A stretch of DNA of 64,000 bases from Paraspadella gotoi (lineage: Eukaryota; Animalia; Chaetognatha), in contig CM119263.1 in assembly GCA_051294375.1 (NCBI GenBank), forward strand, positions 6,360,478-6,424,477. Reading direction: 5' to 3'. The notes beneath the pieces were generated by a model. That model saw nothing but the letters and a program-made list of their open reading frames with translations, searched no databases and was not told the origin of the DNA. A program made the translations under genes and the position numbers. This document shows positions 1 through 13,279 of this stretch, in pieces. Positions within the stretch are counted from its first letter, which is position 1; the number at the start of each line of letters is the position of its first letter.

Positions 1-1211
1 AAAACTGAGGCGAGATGTTTAAAGGTAAGGTCGAGAGAGAGATGATATCGGTCAGGGTAAGTGAAAGGTAAGTACGAGGGTTTTTGTTCGGATGAGACAA
101 ACGGAAAAGTTGTTGTCTTTTTTGACGCATATATGAGGCGTTTCTTGGAGACGGGACTACCGGACGTGAGGTGGAAAAGAAGATGGTGGCGTTGGCGAGG
201 CCGACTGGGAAGGGGGTGGGTCCTTCGGGAGGGGAGAGATCTGGACCGAGATCCTTACGCCTTTGGGTTTTTTTCGGCTAAGAAAAAAAAAATCTAAGCC
301 GAGACCCAAAATGGTCTCTCTCTCTCGAAAAAAAAAGGCCAATCGGGTCCTTGTTATTTTTTTTTTTTCTCTGTTTCAGTTTCACCTTTTCGTTCTTTTT
401 TTTTCGTTCTTTTGTTTCCGTTTTTGTTTTCTAATCGTTTTTAGTAGCGGCTCTCAGGCACGACTAAAAACAATTGGTTCTTGGTTATTTTTTTTCTGCT
501 GGGTCGGTTTGTAGTTGTTGTTGTTGGTTTCTTTCTTTCTCACTGAACTTTCTTTTTTCTCCTTATTTTCCTTCAGACTCTTTATACTTCTTCTTCTTCT
601 TCTTCTCTTCTTTTTTTCTTTAAACGATCCAGATCCTCCACGCTTTTCCATGGCAGACACTTCGCCCCGTGGAAAGAGATTGACCTTTTCCCTTTTTTTT
701 TTCATCGTTTTCATTTCATTTCTCGATCGAAAATGACAAACGTCCTACGACTTCGGATGACGGCTCATAGAAAGGGACGTTTATTTCGTTAATATAAATT
801 TCACTAGTACTTTAATTATTAGTTTAAAGTTGTAGCTTTATGCTTAAACCGGTAAATAATATTTATACAGTTTTCACTCTCGCATCCAACTTTGATGACC
901 ACATTGACTCTCACGATCGAGTTATTTGGGTCTTTCAGTTCAAACGAGGGAGAACTCGTGAATTGGAATGGAAACAGGCCCGAGCCTCAGGCCAGAGGCC
1001 GCTCTGGTTTTCTTTTCTTTTCTACATTTCTCTTCGGACGTTTTACGTTTTTTCCGAAGATGGGCTCTCCATCGTTTTCACTCTCTCTCTCTCTCATGTC
1101 TCTCCTCCCTCATCTCTTTCTCTTCTATCCTCGCTGTATTCTCGAGCGTCTCCATCGAATCTCCACTCACCTCCCCTCTCATCATTCCTCTCTCTTCTCT
1201 CTCTCTCTCTC

Positions 1212-1260
<49 letters not shown>

Positions 1261-3049
1261 CCCTCTCTCCCTCAAAAAACTGTTTACTAGATAGACAAGT
1301 TATCTGGTCGTTTATAATGTTATTTAAATATTTTTACATTCTACTGATGAGGAAATGGATGTCAATTTTGTTGATGTAACATTTCAAAATCAATCGACCC
1401 ACGCGTTGAAAAATAATCTACAAAATGGGTCATTTTCCATGCCCAATTTTTAAACAACAAATCTGCGTTACGTTAATATTTTCTTTTTGGTTCACTAAAT
1501 TTTAGCTTTGGCCGAGTGACTTCATTGGTATTAAAAAAAATGATTTTCTTTGAAATGTCTTTTGAACCAAAAATGATAGAACGAGAGGACTGGTATCACA
1601 ATATTAAAGCCATAATTTGGGCATATTTTCCATATAAATTTTTCTCAAATATTTCCACGGATTTTTTTTAAAATCTGGATCGAATCTTAGTCAAAAGTAT
1701 AACAACTTTCTGAAATTAATATTAAACACTTGGCTGTACTGTAAAAAAAAAAGTAAATAATAAGTAGGATTCTAAGAAAGAGAAAGAATTGATTATGTTT
1801 CTGATAAACAACAATTTTTATAGCCTCAAATTTTATATAATTTACTAAGGATAAGATTATCAATTTTGTTGAAAACAAAAAAAATTAAAAAATTCAATGA
1901 AGGAACCTTAAAAAACCATGATTGATTTAAATAATGAAAATTTTAGGAAGTTCAAAACTTGGTTCGGCTGATTTAAAAACTATCTGACATAGGGCACTAA
2001 AAGGCTATATTATCAAGATTTTTTAAAATTTTTTGTCATCTTCAAGGTGCAAATTAAAATACCCTTTGCATAATTGCCCCATATAGCTATAATTGATATA
2101 ACTATTTTTTTTGTAAAAAAAAGCAATAAACATCTTTAAATAACACGCAAATGCCAATGTAGCTGTATGCTAAGATTCGGTTGTTTTTAATTTTTTAGTT
2201 ATAATACAAGGCTTTTATCAGTTATAAGGGGTAAATTGCAAAAGAAAATAAGTTATTTCCAAAGGCTCATATTGATATCTATCGATATCAATGAATTTTC
2301 TTTATGTTCCGGACAACGAAATGTTACTAAAGACATTGTAAGTTTCCATTAGCTAATCTTAGTTTTTATAAAGTTTTAATAAAGGGCATGTTTGGCAAAA
2401 AAACAGTAGAAAACATGACAACAAATTTTTGAGAAAAAATTGGATTAATTGGCTATTTATTTCTTTATTATGGGTCATCAATTTTTTTTTTCGTTATGTG
2501 CTTGAAGAAGTTAGGTTTAACCAACAGAATCGGATCAGTGCATGGACCGCTTGGTTATTTAATTGACTTAACAGTAAATACTACAAACAAAAAAAAATTT
2601 AAAAAGAATTCAAGACAAGCCAAACGGGTCGTGTTTATTTTCAGTATTTTTTAGTCAAGCCTTTATATTGGGAAGAAATTTTTTTCATCTTGTTCCGGCG
2701 CGTTGGACTAGCCCAAAACACTGCCATGTTTTCAAGAAAATCATCCATGGTTTTGTAATATTTACGCGCTAACGGGTGTGCAAAAAATTGCTAGGACCCA
2801 AAATTTAATCAAGAAACCGCTTCGTTTCTTCGGATATGTTTTTTTTAAGCGCCGTGAGCGAACCATAGATTCATGTTTATTCTTTCGGCTCTTCTGCCAT
2901 CCTCTTCGTTCGCTGCTCGGTCCTTTCGGTTAAGGTTAAGCCGCAGGCCCGGCGTCCGCACATACTTTCGCCGTTTCTCCCACGCCCCCTCTTCCCCCCC
3001 CCTTCCTCCCCTTTCCCCCCACTTCCCGGCTTTCCGTCCTTTTTTTTCT

Positions 3050-3400
3050 ACGCCTTCGCCTTCGCCTTTGTCTTCGTCTTTATCTTTGCCTTCGTCTTCG
3101 CCTTTATCTTCGCCTTCGCCTTTATCTTCGCCTTCGCCTTTGTCTTCGTATTTTTCTTTGCCTTTGTCTTCGTCTTCGACTTTGCCTTAATCTTCGCCAT
3201 TGCCCTCGCCTGTCTTTGCATTCGTCTTTGTCCTTATCTTCGTCTTCCCCTTCCTCTTTGTCTTTGCCTTTGCCTTTGTCTTTGCCTTTACCTTTGTCTC
3301 TGCCTTTACCTTTGCCTTTGCCTTTGTCTTTGTCTTAGTCTTTGCCTCTGCCTTTGCCTTTGCCTTTGTCTTTGCCTTTGCCTTCACTTTCGTCTTTTCC
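3050..3400. repeat. Degenerate hexanucleotide microsatellite (TTTGCC/TTTGTC/TTCGCC)n
   Basis: Runs such as tttgcctttgcctttgtctttgcc; this is the source of the spurious AFVF/KAKT ORFs. Confidence 0.9.
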
Positions 3401-4724
3401 TTTTATCGCTTCTTTCAGACTTTTTCCTTCTGTTGCTCGACTATTGCTTTTGTTTTGTTTTTTTCTCGACTTATCTAAAATGTTTTCGTAGCCGAGTTTC
3501 CGAGAGGATCGACTTGGTTAATGTTTAGTATCGCTGATCCACGTAATGTTATTAATTGGAAAATATAACTAAGTCGACCTCGACACTAAAATAATAAAAT
3601 CCATATATTTACTTTATTTATATACATATATATTCTCGTCTTTATCCAATTCTTAAATAATAAATTATTATTTTTAGTTTGACTTTTTGATTATCCGACT
3701 CTACTTTCCACCCTTCTGTTGTGATTGTGCTCCACAACTTTCCAACCCTCGTTTTCTCACCACTTATCAAATTTCCCACTCATCTTGTTCCCTCTCTCCA
3801 ATTACCACTTTCCCGATGCCACTTGCCAGTCTTGCCAGTTCTAATTATGTCATTTTCTCTCCTCTTTTCTTTTTTCCTTACCCCTTTTTCTCCCCCCTCC
3901 CCCACCCCAATTTTCAAATCTCCTTCTCTTCCCGAGCTTTTCCAACCTCGGGTTATGTTTCGGGGAAAAACAGGATTTTTTTTTCGGGTTTTACTCGGAT
4001 TTCGGTGTTGTGGTGAATCGGGCCCAAAAATATTTCTTTTATCCATGTTAATGTTGTGCATTCGTTCAAAGATTTTTATAAATTATTCTATAACTTATAT
4101 GTATCTTATTCTTATTACATTTGAAAAGCTCTTTCGCAAATACATAATTACAAATATATCTTCGCCTCACTTTTCAAAAGGTGATATTTTCCTAAAATGA
4201 TAAACATTTATTTAATTTGTTTATTTTTTGATCAATATCTTCAACTACTTACCTCATCTTCTCAACTTGTCAACCTTACCACACTCCAATGCTTCGTCAG
4301 CTTCTGAGTCTCTAAACGAAGCGACATTAAAGTGTATTCCACTATTCGCTCGCTCAGCAACTTCAGGTTACCGACGAGAAAGAAAAAAAAAACCTTTCAT
4401 TTCGAATCGTAGAAAATTACCCTCGCGTAGCCGTGAGTAACCATGAATTTTTTTCCCATAAAAACCGGGACAATTTTCAAACACACAATGCGTAAAGAGG
4501 ATTAATCTATTTATTTCATTACTCTGACGGACTTATTCTTATTTTCGAAGATGAAAGTTAAAAAAATTATACATTATTTTTTTTTTCGCTCTCTCTCTCT
4601 CTCTCTCACTCTCTCTCACTCTGTGTTCGAAACCATAAACTCTCCCTTCGCTTCGTCGGCTGCATTTAGGAGATTAAAACTACAAGGCGTTGAGAAATCC
4701 TCTCCAATGCCTCGGAGGGAGAGA

Positions 4725-4806
4725 AAAAGAGAGAGAGAGAGAGAGAGGATGGGGGAAGCAGAGAAGAAGGACGAGGAGAGAGAGAAGAGAGAGAAGAGGA
4801 GAGAAG

Positions 4807-4872
<66 letters not shown>

Positions 4873-4890
4873 AGAGAGAGAAGAGAAGAA
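4725..4890. repeat. (AG)n microsatellite
   Basis: Direct inspection; one of many such tracts in the window. Confidence 0.95.
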
Positions 4891-5027
4891 GTAGGACTCT
4901 GCTCTCGAAAGATAGCGTTGAAAAGAGGCCCGAAGCTGTTTTTGCTTTTTGCCCTCAACTGAAATTCATCTTCGTTTCGTGAAAACATTTTCCTCCTTCT
5001 ACTCTCTCTTGCTCTCTTGCTTTCTTG

Positions 5028-5065
<38 letters not shown>

Positions 5066-6100
5066 ATCTCTCTCTCTATCACCTGTTCTCCCCTTTCCCG
5101 CCCTAAAACGGAGCAATATTTTTAACGCTACACAGGAATTTTATACTAACTTTAGTCTAGAATTAAATATTTGTGAATTAATTATTAACATTGATTTTCA
5201 TTCGAGAAGAAGGATTCCTGATCCGGGGGCTGAGAGGGAGAGGGATTCCGACGAGGGCGATTGGATCCCACGACGAGTCGGGGGCAGGGGTACGGAGATG
5301 GCGGCCGCTGATTGGACGACGAAGCTGATGGGGGAAAATGATCAGGGGTTTGGGGGCGGGGAATGTGGAGATTGAATGAAGGAACAGTATCCATAACAGC
5401 ATTCACTCCAGACTCCGCAGCACGCAACAGCACATGATCAACCTGAAGGCGCGTCCTCCCTCGGCGTCCGATTTAAATACTTGAGTTGGAAAAAAAAATC
5501 GCGATGCTGGTCGCGAGGCCTGACGGACAGAGGGAGCGGAGTAGAGAGAGAGAGAAGATGAGAGATGAGACATATTGAGAGATGCGCTTGTGAGAGGCTA
5601 GGACGAACTACGCGAGCTGAAGAATGAAAGAGAACGGTGACCTGAATGATTAGCCGAGGAAGACTGACGAGAGAGAGAGATGAGAGAGAGAGAGCCCTAG
5701 AGGTAGGCTGGTAGTGACACTGCGGAGTAGGGGGGCTGCACCGCTCCTAGTAATGAGAACCAGAACGAGATGAGGAGAGAGAGACAGAAAATTAAACTCA
5801 TTAACGACAACTAAATCGACAATAGAAAAAAATCAAACCTAATTGGAACCTGAATGCCTCGCATTGACGACGGTCGTTTCCGAGGACTCCGAATAACTCG
5901 TCGACCTTTTGGAAAGATAATTTTTTTCGTTAAGGACGCGATTCGACGAAACCGATGCACTTTTGACGCTGAATCCAGACGTTGAAAATTTAATTTAATT
6001 TAATTTAATTTTCGATTAAATTTTAATGCTTTGAATGAGATGATGATAACGACGAAGATAACGCTAGCCTTTTCCTCAATCATTCGTATATCTGTGAACG

Positions 6101-6131
<31 letters not shown>

Positions 6132-6573
6132 AGAGCCTAAGGCCCGATCCAAAATTCCGGGAGGCGTGGCAACTGAGGAATATATCTATAATCTATATAG
6201 AGTACCCGCCCCCAATAACAAAAAGAATGTTCTCCTTTCTTTATACCACATTTTAAATTAGATTTAATATTTTTTTATGATTCGTACAGAGCGAAGAAAT
6301 ATCGATTCGAGCACACAACTCTCACGGCCTCACGCGAATCTAATCGATTCCTATTCCTCTGCATCACGAAAGCGTTTTTAATAGGAATGTCATCTCTAGT
6401 TCATTGATCTAAACATCGACTCTCCAGACCCAAGCCCCTTGCAATCTCCCTCCCCCCCCCCTTCCTCACTCCGGCCTCTCCCGGTCAAAACGATCGAAAG
6501 TGCATCGGTCGAAACGAATCGCATCGATGGAACAGAGGCGATTCCACCCGGATGTAATCCGGATTTACGCGTC

Positions 6574-6791
6574 TCACGTGTTCTTCCTCTCTTCGACTCC
6601 TTCGTCTGCTTCCGCTCTGGCGACGAGGTCTTCGTAACTCGTCTCCGTGTCTCCCTTTTGGCTGCAAATGTTGTCGATCACGAAAATCTCGTTGACGCGC
6701 GACGGTGGGCGTGGCGTCTCTGAGGAACGGACGCGCCGACAGGCATTGTATCGCTTAGTTAGATGACAATTTAACCTTTAATTTTTAGGCT

Positions 6792-6848
<57 letters not shown>

Positions 6849-9800
6849 CCTCTCACTTCCTGCGCTGGTTCCCGTACGATCGAATGACCGTCCACCTTCT
6901 TCCGGCGAGGCGTTCTCATTCCCAGTCTCTGGTCGCGACCTTAATCAATAATATCACCAAAAAATTGGCCACCTATTGACAAATTGCGACAAAAGAAATG
7001 GCGAAAACAAAAGATAACGTCTTCTAATGATGTGTTTTAAGTTTTATGGTAATTTTAACTCTTGTAAGGTTTCAACATTTGTGGAACAAAATGTTTCAGA
7101 AGGATGGCCGACAAGTGACCGAGAAGAGAGAGAAATAAAGTTTGAGGCTGAACCGCCTATGTCGCTTTTTCACAATTACCAAAAACCAAACTTACCACGG
7201 TACTGGAGAAGATTTATCCATGTATTCGTCCAACGCCACGTCGGCATCGCTTCCGTCCATGCCGTCTCCATCATCGTCTTCATCCTTTGACCTCTCGGAA
7301 CCGGTCCCGTCCGGCGGCTCCGGCTTGAGAAGTTCCGCCCGCGTCTCCAGCGTAGATTGAAAGTTCTTGAGGATCGAGGGTTGATTTCGCGAAGTCGGCG
7401 ACTCGGAAAAGTCCGACTCGTCTGCTTCGTAGGCGGACTTGCCGCCGGTGTCCCGGTTGATCGAGGGCAGACGGTCGACCGACGATGTCCGACGAAGAGA
7501 GGAGGCAGAGTCGAGAGGCTTCAAGTCGTCCTCCCGGGCGACGTCGGCGGCCGAAGAATCCCCCGGGGCTTTGACAGATGGTATTAGAGGCGTGAGTGGG
7601 GTTTCAGACTCGAAGATCGGCTGCAGGTGTTTCTGTTCCGCTCTCTGTTTCGAAGAGGTCGTCGTTTCAACTGAAGAGGTTTGTTGGGTGGCGGTTGCAT
7701 CCGTGAAACCTTTGGCTTTGCTCAACTGCAAAGGCAGCAGCTCTTCGTTATCGGCGGGAATTACGGTGGAAACCGACGAAAGCTTTTCATGATGTGGGAT
7801 TTCTGACGGCAAGCCTGAAGGTTCACCTAACGGCTTTGAAGTTGGTTTCTTGGGTTTTGCATTGGCAGGACCCGTTGACTCATCACGAGATTCATTGTCC
7901 GCTGAAGTATGAAAGCGGTACGGTATTAAATCAGGATCGTTGTACGGATGAGCTCGAGTTCTATTTTTTGTTTCATGCAGATGTTTCTCATACTCTTTCG
8001 TTTCTAAGTTAATTGGTTGCTCCGGTATTATCTTTTCTCCTTCACGATTAGAAACGGGATTAAATGAGCTTATGTCGTTTGACAGCAGTAACTCGGCATT
8101 GTCGTAAGGATGTGCTCTGATAATCTTTTTCGATCTTTGAGAAGTTACGCCTTCCGTTTTGTTTTCAATGGGACCATCGTTATAAGTTTGTTGTAATTGC
8201 ACTTCGTTATAACTCTGCGCTCTCATTCTTTTTTTAGCAGCCTTGGTTAGTTCTTTTTCTTTTGCTTCTTGATTCAAAGGCGTTTCTTCTTTCGTAATAT
8301 GCGCTTTTGTGTTGCCCATCAGATGTGCTTTTGTTATCTTCTTGGCTCGATGTGGAAATTCTTCTTTTACAATTTGATCCAATTGGCCTTCTTCGTTCGG
8401 CAGTCGCAGCTTCGGACTTGAATCATAGTTTTTCAATTTGTTCTGATCATTTGAAGCCTGAACGTTATTATCTTTAATCAAGCTGAAAGTTACCAGATCT
8501 TTTTCACATTCAACTATAGAAGCGCGATGTCTCACATCTGTGTTTCGAATTGATATCATAGCGCAAGAAAGATCTGGTAAATCCAAAGATGCTTCTTGTC
8601 GATTTTTGTTCTCGTCCAGCAATCCATGACTGACGTTGTCATTGTATTCAACATTTTTTCCTTGAATCTCTACCATCTGTTGTTTTATTTGCTTGCTTTT
8701 TAAAATAGGTTGTGAATGAGTCTGCTTTTTAGCTGTTTTTATTTGCTTTTCATCACTTTTTTTCGGTAAAACAAGATCGTCGGAAAACGCTTCTTTCTTT
8801 TCGTCATCAATTCTATTATATTCTGGGCGAATTTCAAACTTTTCTGGAATTGTTTCCATCCTGTACTTTTTATCAGAATAATGAATTTTTTTTCTTGGTT
8901 CAGTTAAACTTTCTTGAACACAACTTGTAGCGTTTAATCTTTGGGCTTGAAGAAAATGAACTGCTTGCTCCTTTGTATTTAATTCTGACATCAGTGGTTG
9001 TGGAACACTTTTACATATACTAGCTTCTATTTTCTCCGGAATTTCATTCTTTACCAACTGAAATTGATCCTTCGCATTTTTGAATAATTTCATATGCTGG
9101 TGACTCCATATTCCGCGTTCATCCTCTGGCTGCTCATGAGCCGTAACAATTTCCGGAAGTACTAAAGCATTGACTGAAACGTTAAACTCTGGAACCTCTT
9201 CGTAATACATGGTGCTGTCGTAACCCAAATCCGATGCTCTATCCCGACTGTCTGGCGTCATAGTCTCAAAATCATCTCTATAACTCCTTTCAGATCCTTG
9301 ACATTTGGCGCACGTCTTCTTGTAAGCAAAACTTGTTGTGGGGACGTCCAGCGGGTCGTGAGTTTCCGTGCGAGGCCATTTCTGCATCTTTGGCACTCCC
9401 GATTGGTAGCTGGGCCTACTAGGATCGCCCTTGTTGATCACGGCCGCAACTGGTTGGTCCACGAGAGAGTAACGGTTTTCAGTGGCGAGAGGATCATTCC
9501 ATGTTACTTTGTACCGATTTTTGGTCACGGATGATGGTTTCGCCTTTGACCTCTCATCGTCTCGACTTTTTGGAACCGCGTCCATCTCGACTTGACAAGT
9601 TAAGGGTTCCGCTGTCGCTACTATCCCTTCCTTTTTGGTCTGCTCCTCGGCGATCAGCGTTTGAAAGACTTGATTCTTCAGCGACTTCACATCCGACTTA
9701 ATATCCGCCAACTCTGGAGTCAATGAATCAAAACCTCTTTAAAATGCTAACCAAAATAGAATGTGACTTAAAATCATAATAACTAGGCTAATTTCTTTCA

Positions 9801-12277
9801 TTTGAAATCGAATTTTCAATGACAAACCTCTGCTCAAAAATCTGGACAACTTCAAAAACGTCTCGTCGTTCTCTTCCGACTCTCTCGCCGTCAAAACTTG
9901 GGGCTCCCCGCCCATTCTCGGCGTTGTGGACGATTGTCTGTAGTTGACAAACTCGCTGGTCGCATTGAAAAGAGACTCGCGTATCGGCGGCGCCCTACCC
10001 TCGGCGCCACTTCGTGAAGATATCGGCGGCGCGCTTCGGGTCGGACCCGAGGCCAGAATCTCCACGAGTTTCAGCTCTGATCTCATGAGAGTCTCGTGCT
10101 CCGCCGTCAAGCCCATCAAACGGCACTCCATTATGCCATCCTGAGTGGGAAAAAAAATTTGAGATAGGATTGTCTATTTTTTAACGTGAACTAAGTTCCG
10201 CCACTGGCATATCGAAGAAATATTAAGTATTGAAAAGTGAATCTTTTTTTAAATTTTAATCCATTCCTAATTTTGTCTTCCAGATACCTTATAGTTATAT
10301 ACATTTTAATCTTTCTGTTTTAAGGCTACGATCATCGCCATTCCGATCAAACCCTCCCGAAACAAACCCGTCTCAAACCCGTAAATCGTCGGCGCCGACA
10401 TTTCCGTCGACGAAGCGCTTGGAGAGATTCTCCAGATTCGCTCTTTTCTCCGATCGACGACGAGAGAGGAATTCCCTCAACATCCCCGTGGCGTCAGGGA
10501 AAAGCTCCCGGGAGTGTCGCAGACCTTGCTCCAAACTGGCCTCGCAAATGCTGTCGAATTGGCTCACGAACTCTTCCAAGTATCCCTCCATCTTGCACTT
10601 TTCCGTGATGGCGTCGAGGAGGATGCATTCGGCCTCGACGACGCGGGCGCCGGGCTCTGAGATGCCCGCCTTTCGATATTCCTTCAAATAGGTTTCCATC
10701 TGATCCCCGTCCGTTTTGGCGACGCCCTCGTTTAACCGAGCAACGATGTCGCCCTCTTTCTTCTTTATCTTTTGCAGCAAATTCATCATGAAGTGAAAAA
10801 TCTTTCCGTCGATTTTGTACCTGATGTTTTGAAAATATTAACTTTTAACTAGTAATTGATATTAATATTTGTATTTATCTTTTTTTTTTTAGATTTTAGA
10901 TTTTACTTTTTTCGCCCCATTACCGACTTAAAATAAGAATTGCGTAATTAAAACTAATTATTCGAAATACAAAACATTCCTATCTCTTCTCACTGGAAGC
11001 CTCTCAAACATACCGTCCGCTCTCGGTAAAGCTCTTAAGGTTGCCCAGGGTGCCTTTGACGGTGAGCAGCGGTTCAAAGCCGTCGGCGACATCTTCCCGC
11101 GGATTCTTAAGGACGGCCTCGAGCGCCACCTCTTCGCACTTGATCATTGCTTCGGCCAATTCTTCGTTCTCGACGAGTCCGCACTGTCTCGCCTTGAAGA
11201 GGATCGCCGGGAGGCTGCGGATCCGCTGGGTCGGATCCTCGCGGGCGTTCTGCAGCAACGCTCGCCGCACGGTTTCCTCTCGACCCTGCAGCTCCTTCAG
11301 CATGACCCTCATGAACCAGAGATATAGATTGCCGATGACCGACTTTCGATCCGCCAGCCAACGCCGGATCCCGTCGGCGCTGATGTAGCTGAGGTGCTCC
11401 AGCACGCTCGCTTTCATCGTCGCCAACTTTTTGAGGCTCATGACGAGAAGCTCGAACTCGGCCTGCTCTGCAAGACCATCGGCGGGGATGCCGGCCGAGC
11501 GGACTTCGTTAATGGCCTTCTTGAAGACTCGGAAAGAAACCTGAAGCGCAGTAAATATCGTAAAAGGAGTCTTTCACGCTCAGCGGCTCACACGCTTGAG
11601 GTTTACTCTGTTTTATTTACATAAGCGAGAGACTGACGATTCTGTGGACTAAACATCAATCGAACCTGTTTTGTGTTTAGACAATGACGTAATTGGTTAA
11701 GACACGAAGCGTCGCGTCGCTCCGATTGACCAATCAGCGTCATCCACGCGGAAATGAACGCTTGCATCTCGGCGTCGTCGTAGAATTGGATGCAGGCGCG
11801 CTCCAAGGCTTTGGTGCTGACAAAGAGAAATGGCTTTAGGTATTCGTTGGCAGGAGCGCCGCCAACGACGACACCGTCCGCATTCCCTGACTCCGCGGAT
11901 GCGCCCGCGCTGTTCTCTCCGTCGCCGGCGTTCTCGTTCCTATTGTCGTCGTCGTGGTCGCGTTTCATCTTTCTATTCTTGATCCTCTCCACGCAGCGCC
12001 CGGCGCCGCAGCGCAGACAACCCGCCCGAACTCCGTCAGTCTCCTCTTCCTCTTCATCGTCGTTGTTGTTGTTGCTCTTGTTGTCGAGTTTTCCGTCAAC
12101 GACAACTGATTCGGCGTTGGCGTTGGAGTCGGCGTCCACGACGCAGGCGCGGCGACCTGGATGAATCTGATGTCCCGAGAGTCGGCGCATGCGCAGACAA
12201 GCGCAGGTGAAGCCGATAACCGTAAGGATGAGTAGCAGAACGAGCACGGCGAAACCCGTCGCCGCGCCCGCCTCCAT
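6574..12277 (-). CDS. Multi-exon gene for an uncharacterised ~1553-aa protein: N-terminal signal anchor/TM helix, helical-repeat region, long low-complexity tail
   Basis: Seven exons with GT-AG boundaries and consistent phases: 12277-11666, 11540-11014, 10820-10379, 10140-9828, 9734-7196, 6939-6857, 6719-6574 (4662 nt, ATG to TGA). They join supplied ORFs 11603-12277, 11004-11441, 10373-10789, 9739-10131 and 7192-9723. N-terminus GFAVLVLLLILTVIGFTCACLRMRR is a hydrophobic helix followed by Cys and basic residues. The 9827-9735 intron needs a weaker GAG acceptor. No family recognised. Confidence 0.8.
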
Positions 12278-13175
12278 ATTTTGGCGGGAGTTTTTGCTTT
12301 GAGGGGATTTAGAAAGGATTCGAGATAAAAAAATACTTGGAACTGAATTGGTTTATGTCAGAAAAGCCTAAGGCCTAACAGTTAAATTATTTTTTATTCT
12401 TAAATATTAGACCTTTGGTTTATAAACGTGGGTTAGCAACAGTAAGAAAAAGCTTTTTTTCTTTTTCTCATCGTTGTCTCAGTTTATTGATTTTTGTTCG
12501 AAGAAAACATTAAATGAAAAAATGCATCGTGATCTCGCGCTGTTTTTCTTTTCAATACTTTTTAGTGTTGTAATGTAACAGTTCATGAAAACGGCGAGGT
12601 TCGCCTTTGATGCCCGTGACTTGAGGCTCCTTGGACGCTTGGAACGAACCCGGAACGCACGGTTGATCTAAATAACAAACATAATGTATTTTTACTCATT
12701 ACATGTTGATGAAACTTCCAATAAGATTACGTACTCGTTCCAACGTAATCAAACTGTATATGACTTCATATGATATAATAAAGACCCGGAAGACTTAACC
12801 AACGTACCAACCGTTCTACAATCCGACTGACTGACCTAACGAATTGTCGATTAACCGACTGACCGACCGTCCAAATGAGCCAATCTTCTTCACGCTTGAC
12901 TCTCCACGACCTAATTAATCCGCGCTGACTCTCGATACGTCAAGTGGGCCATCCCCAAAAGAATGTCGCGGATATAAGGCAGGTTTCCGCCTCAGGTTAA
13001 AAAGGTAAGGTCTCCAGGTGAGGTTAGAGACAAGAGTCTGACCATCGTCAGTTTGTTACGTCATCCCTTCTCGAGTGGAAAACTCGAAAAATTAATCGCA
13101 ATTGAGGAAAACGAGAGCGAGACACGTTCCGGTCGAAGACAAGATTCGGTCACTCTACTCTGACCTGTTTTACGC

Positions 13176-13279
<104 letters not shown>

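Noticed and set aside
1380-2820. AT-rich tract resembling a non-autonomous DNA transposon interior
   Set aside because: I could not find terminal inverted repeats, a TSD or a second copy in the window.
61-5433. Numerous ORFs (poly-RE, poly-SL, AFVF/KAKT, F-rich)
   Set aside because: They are translations of AG/CT and hexamer microsatellites or T-rich tracts; no splice-consistent gene model or domain.
6560-6576. Stop-codon readthrough of the TM gene aided by the downstream hairpin
   Set aside because: Context is TGA-G and a second stop (TAA) follows after only two codons.
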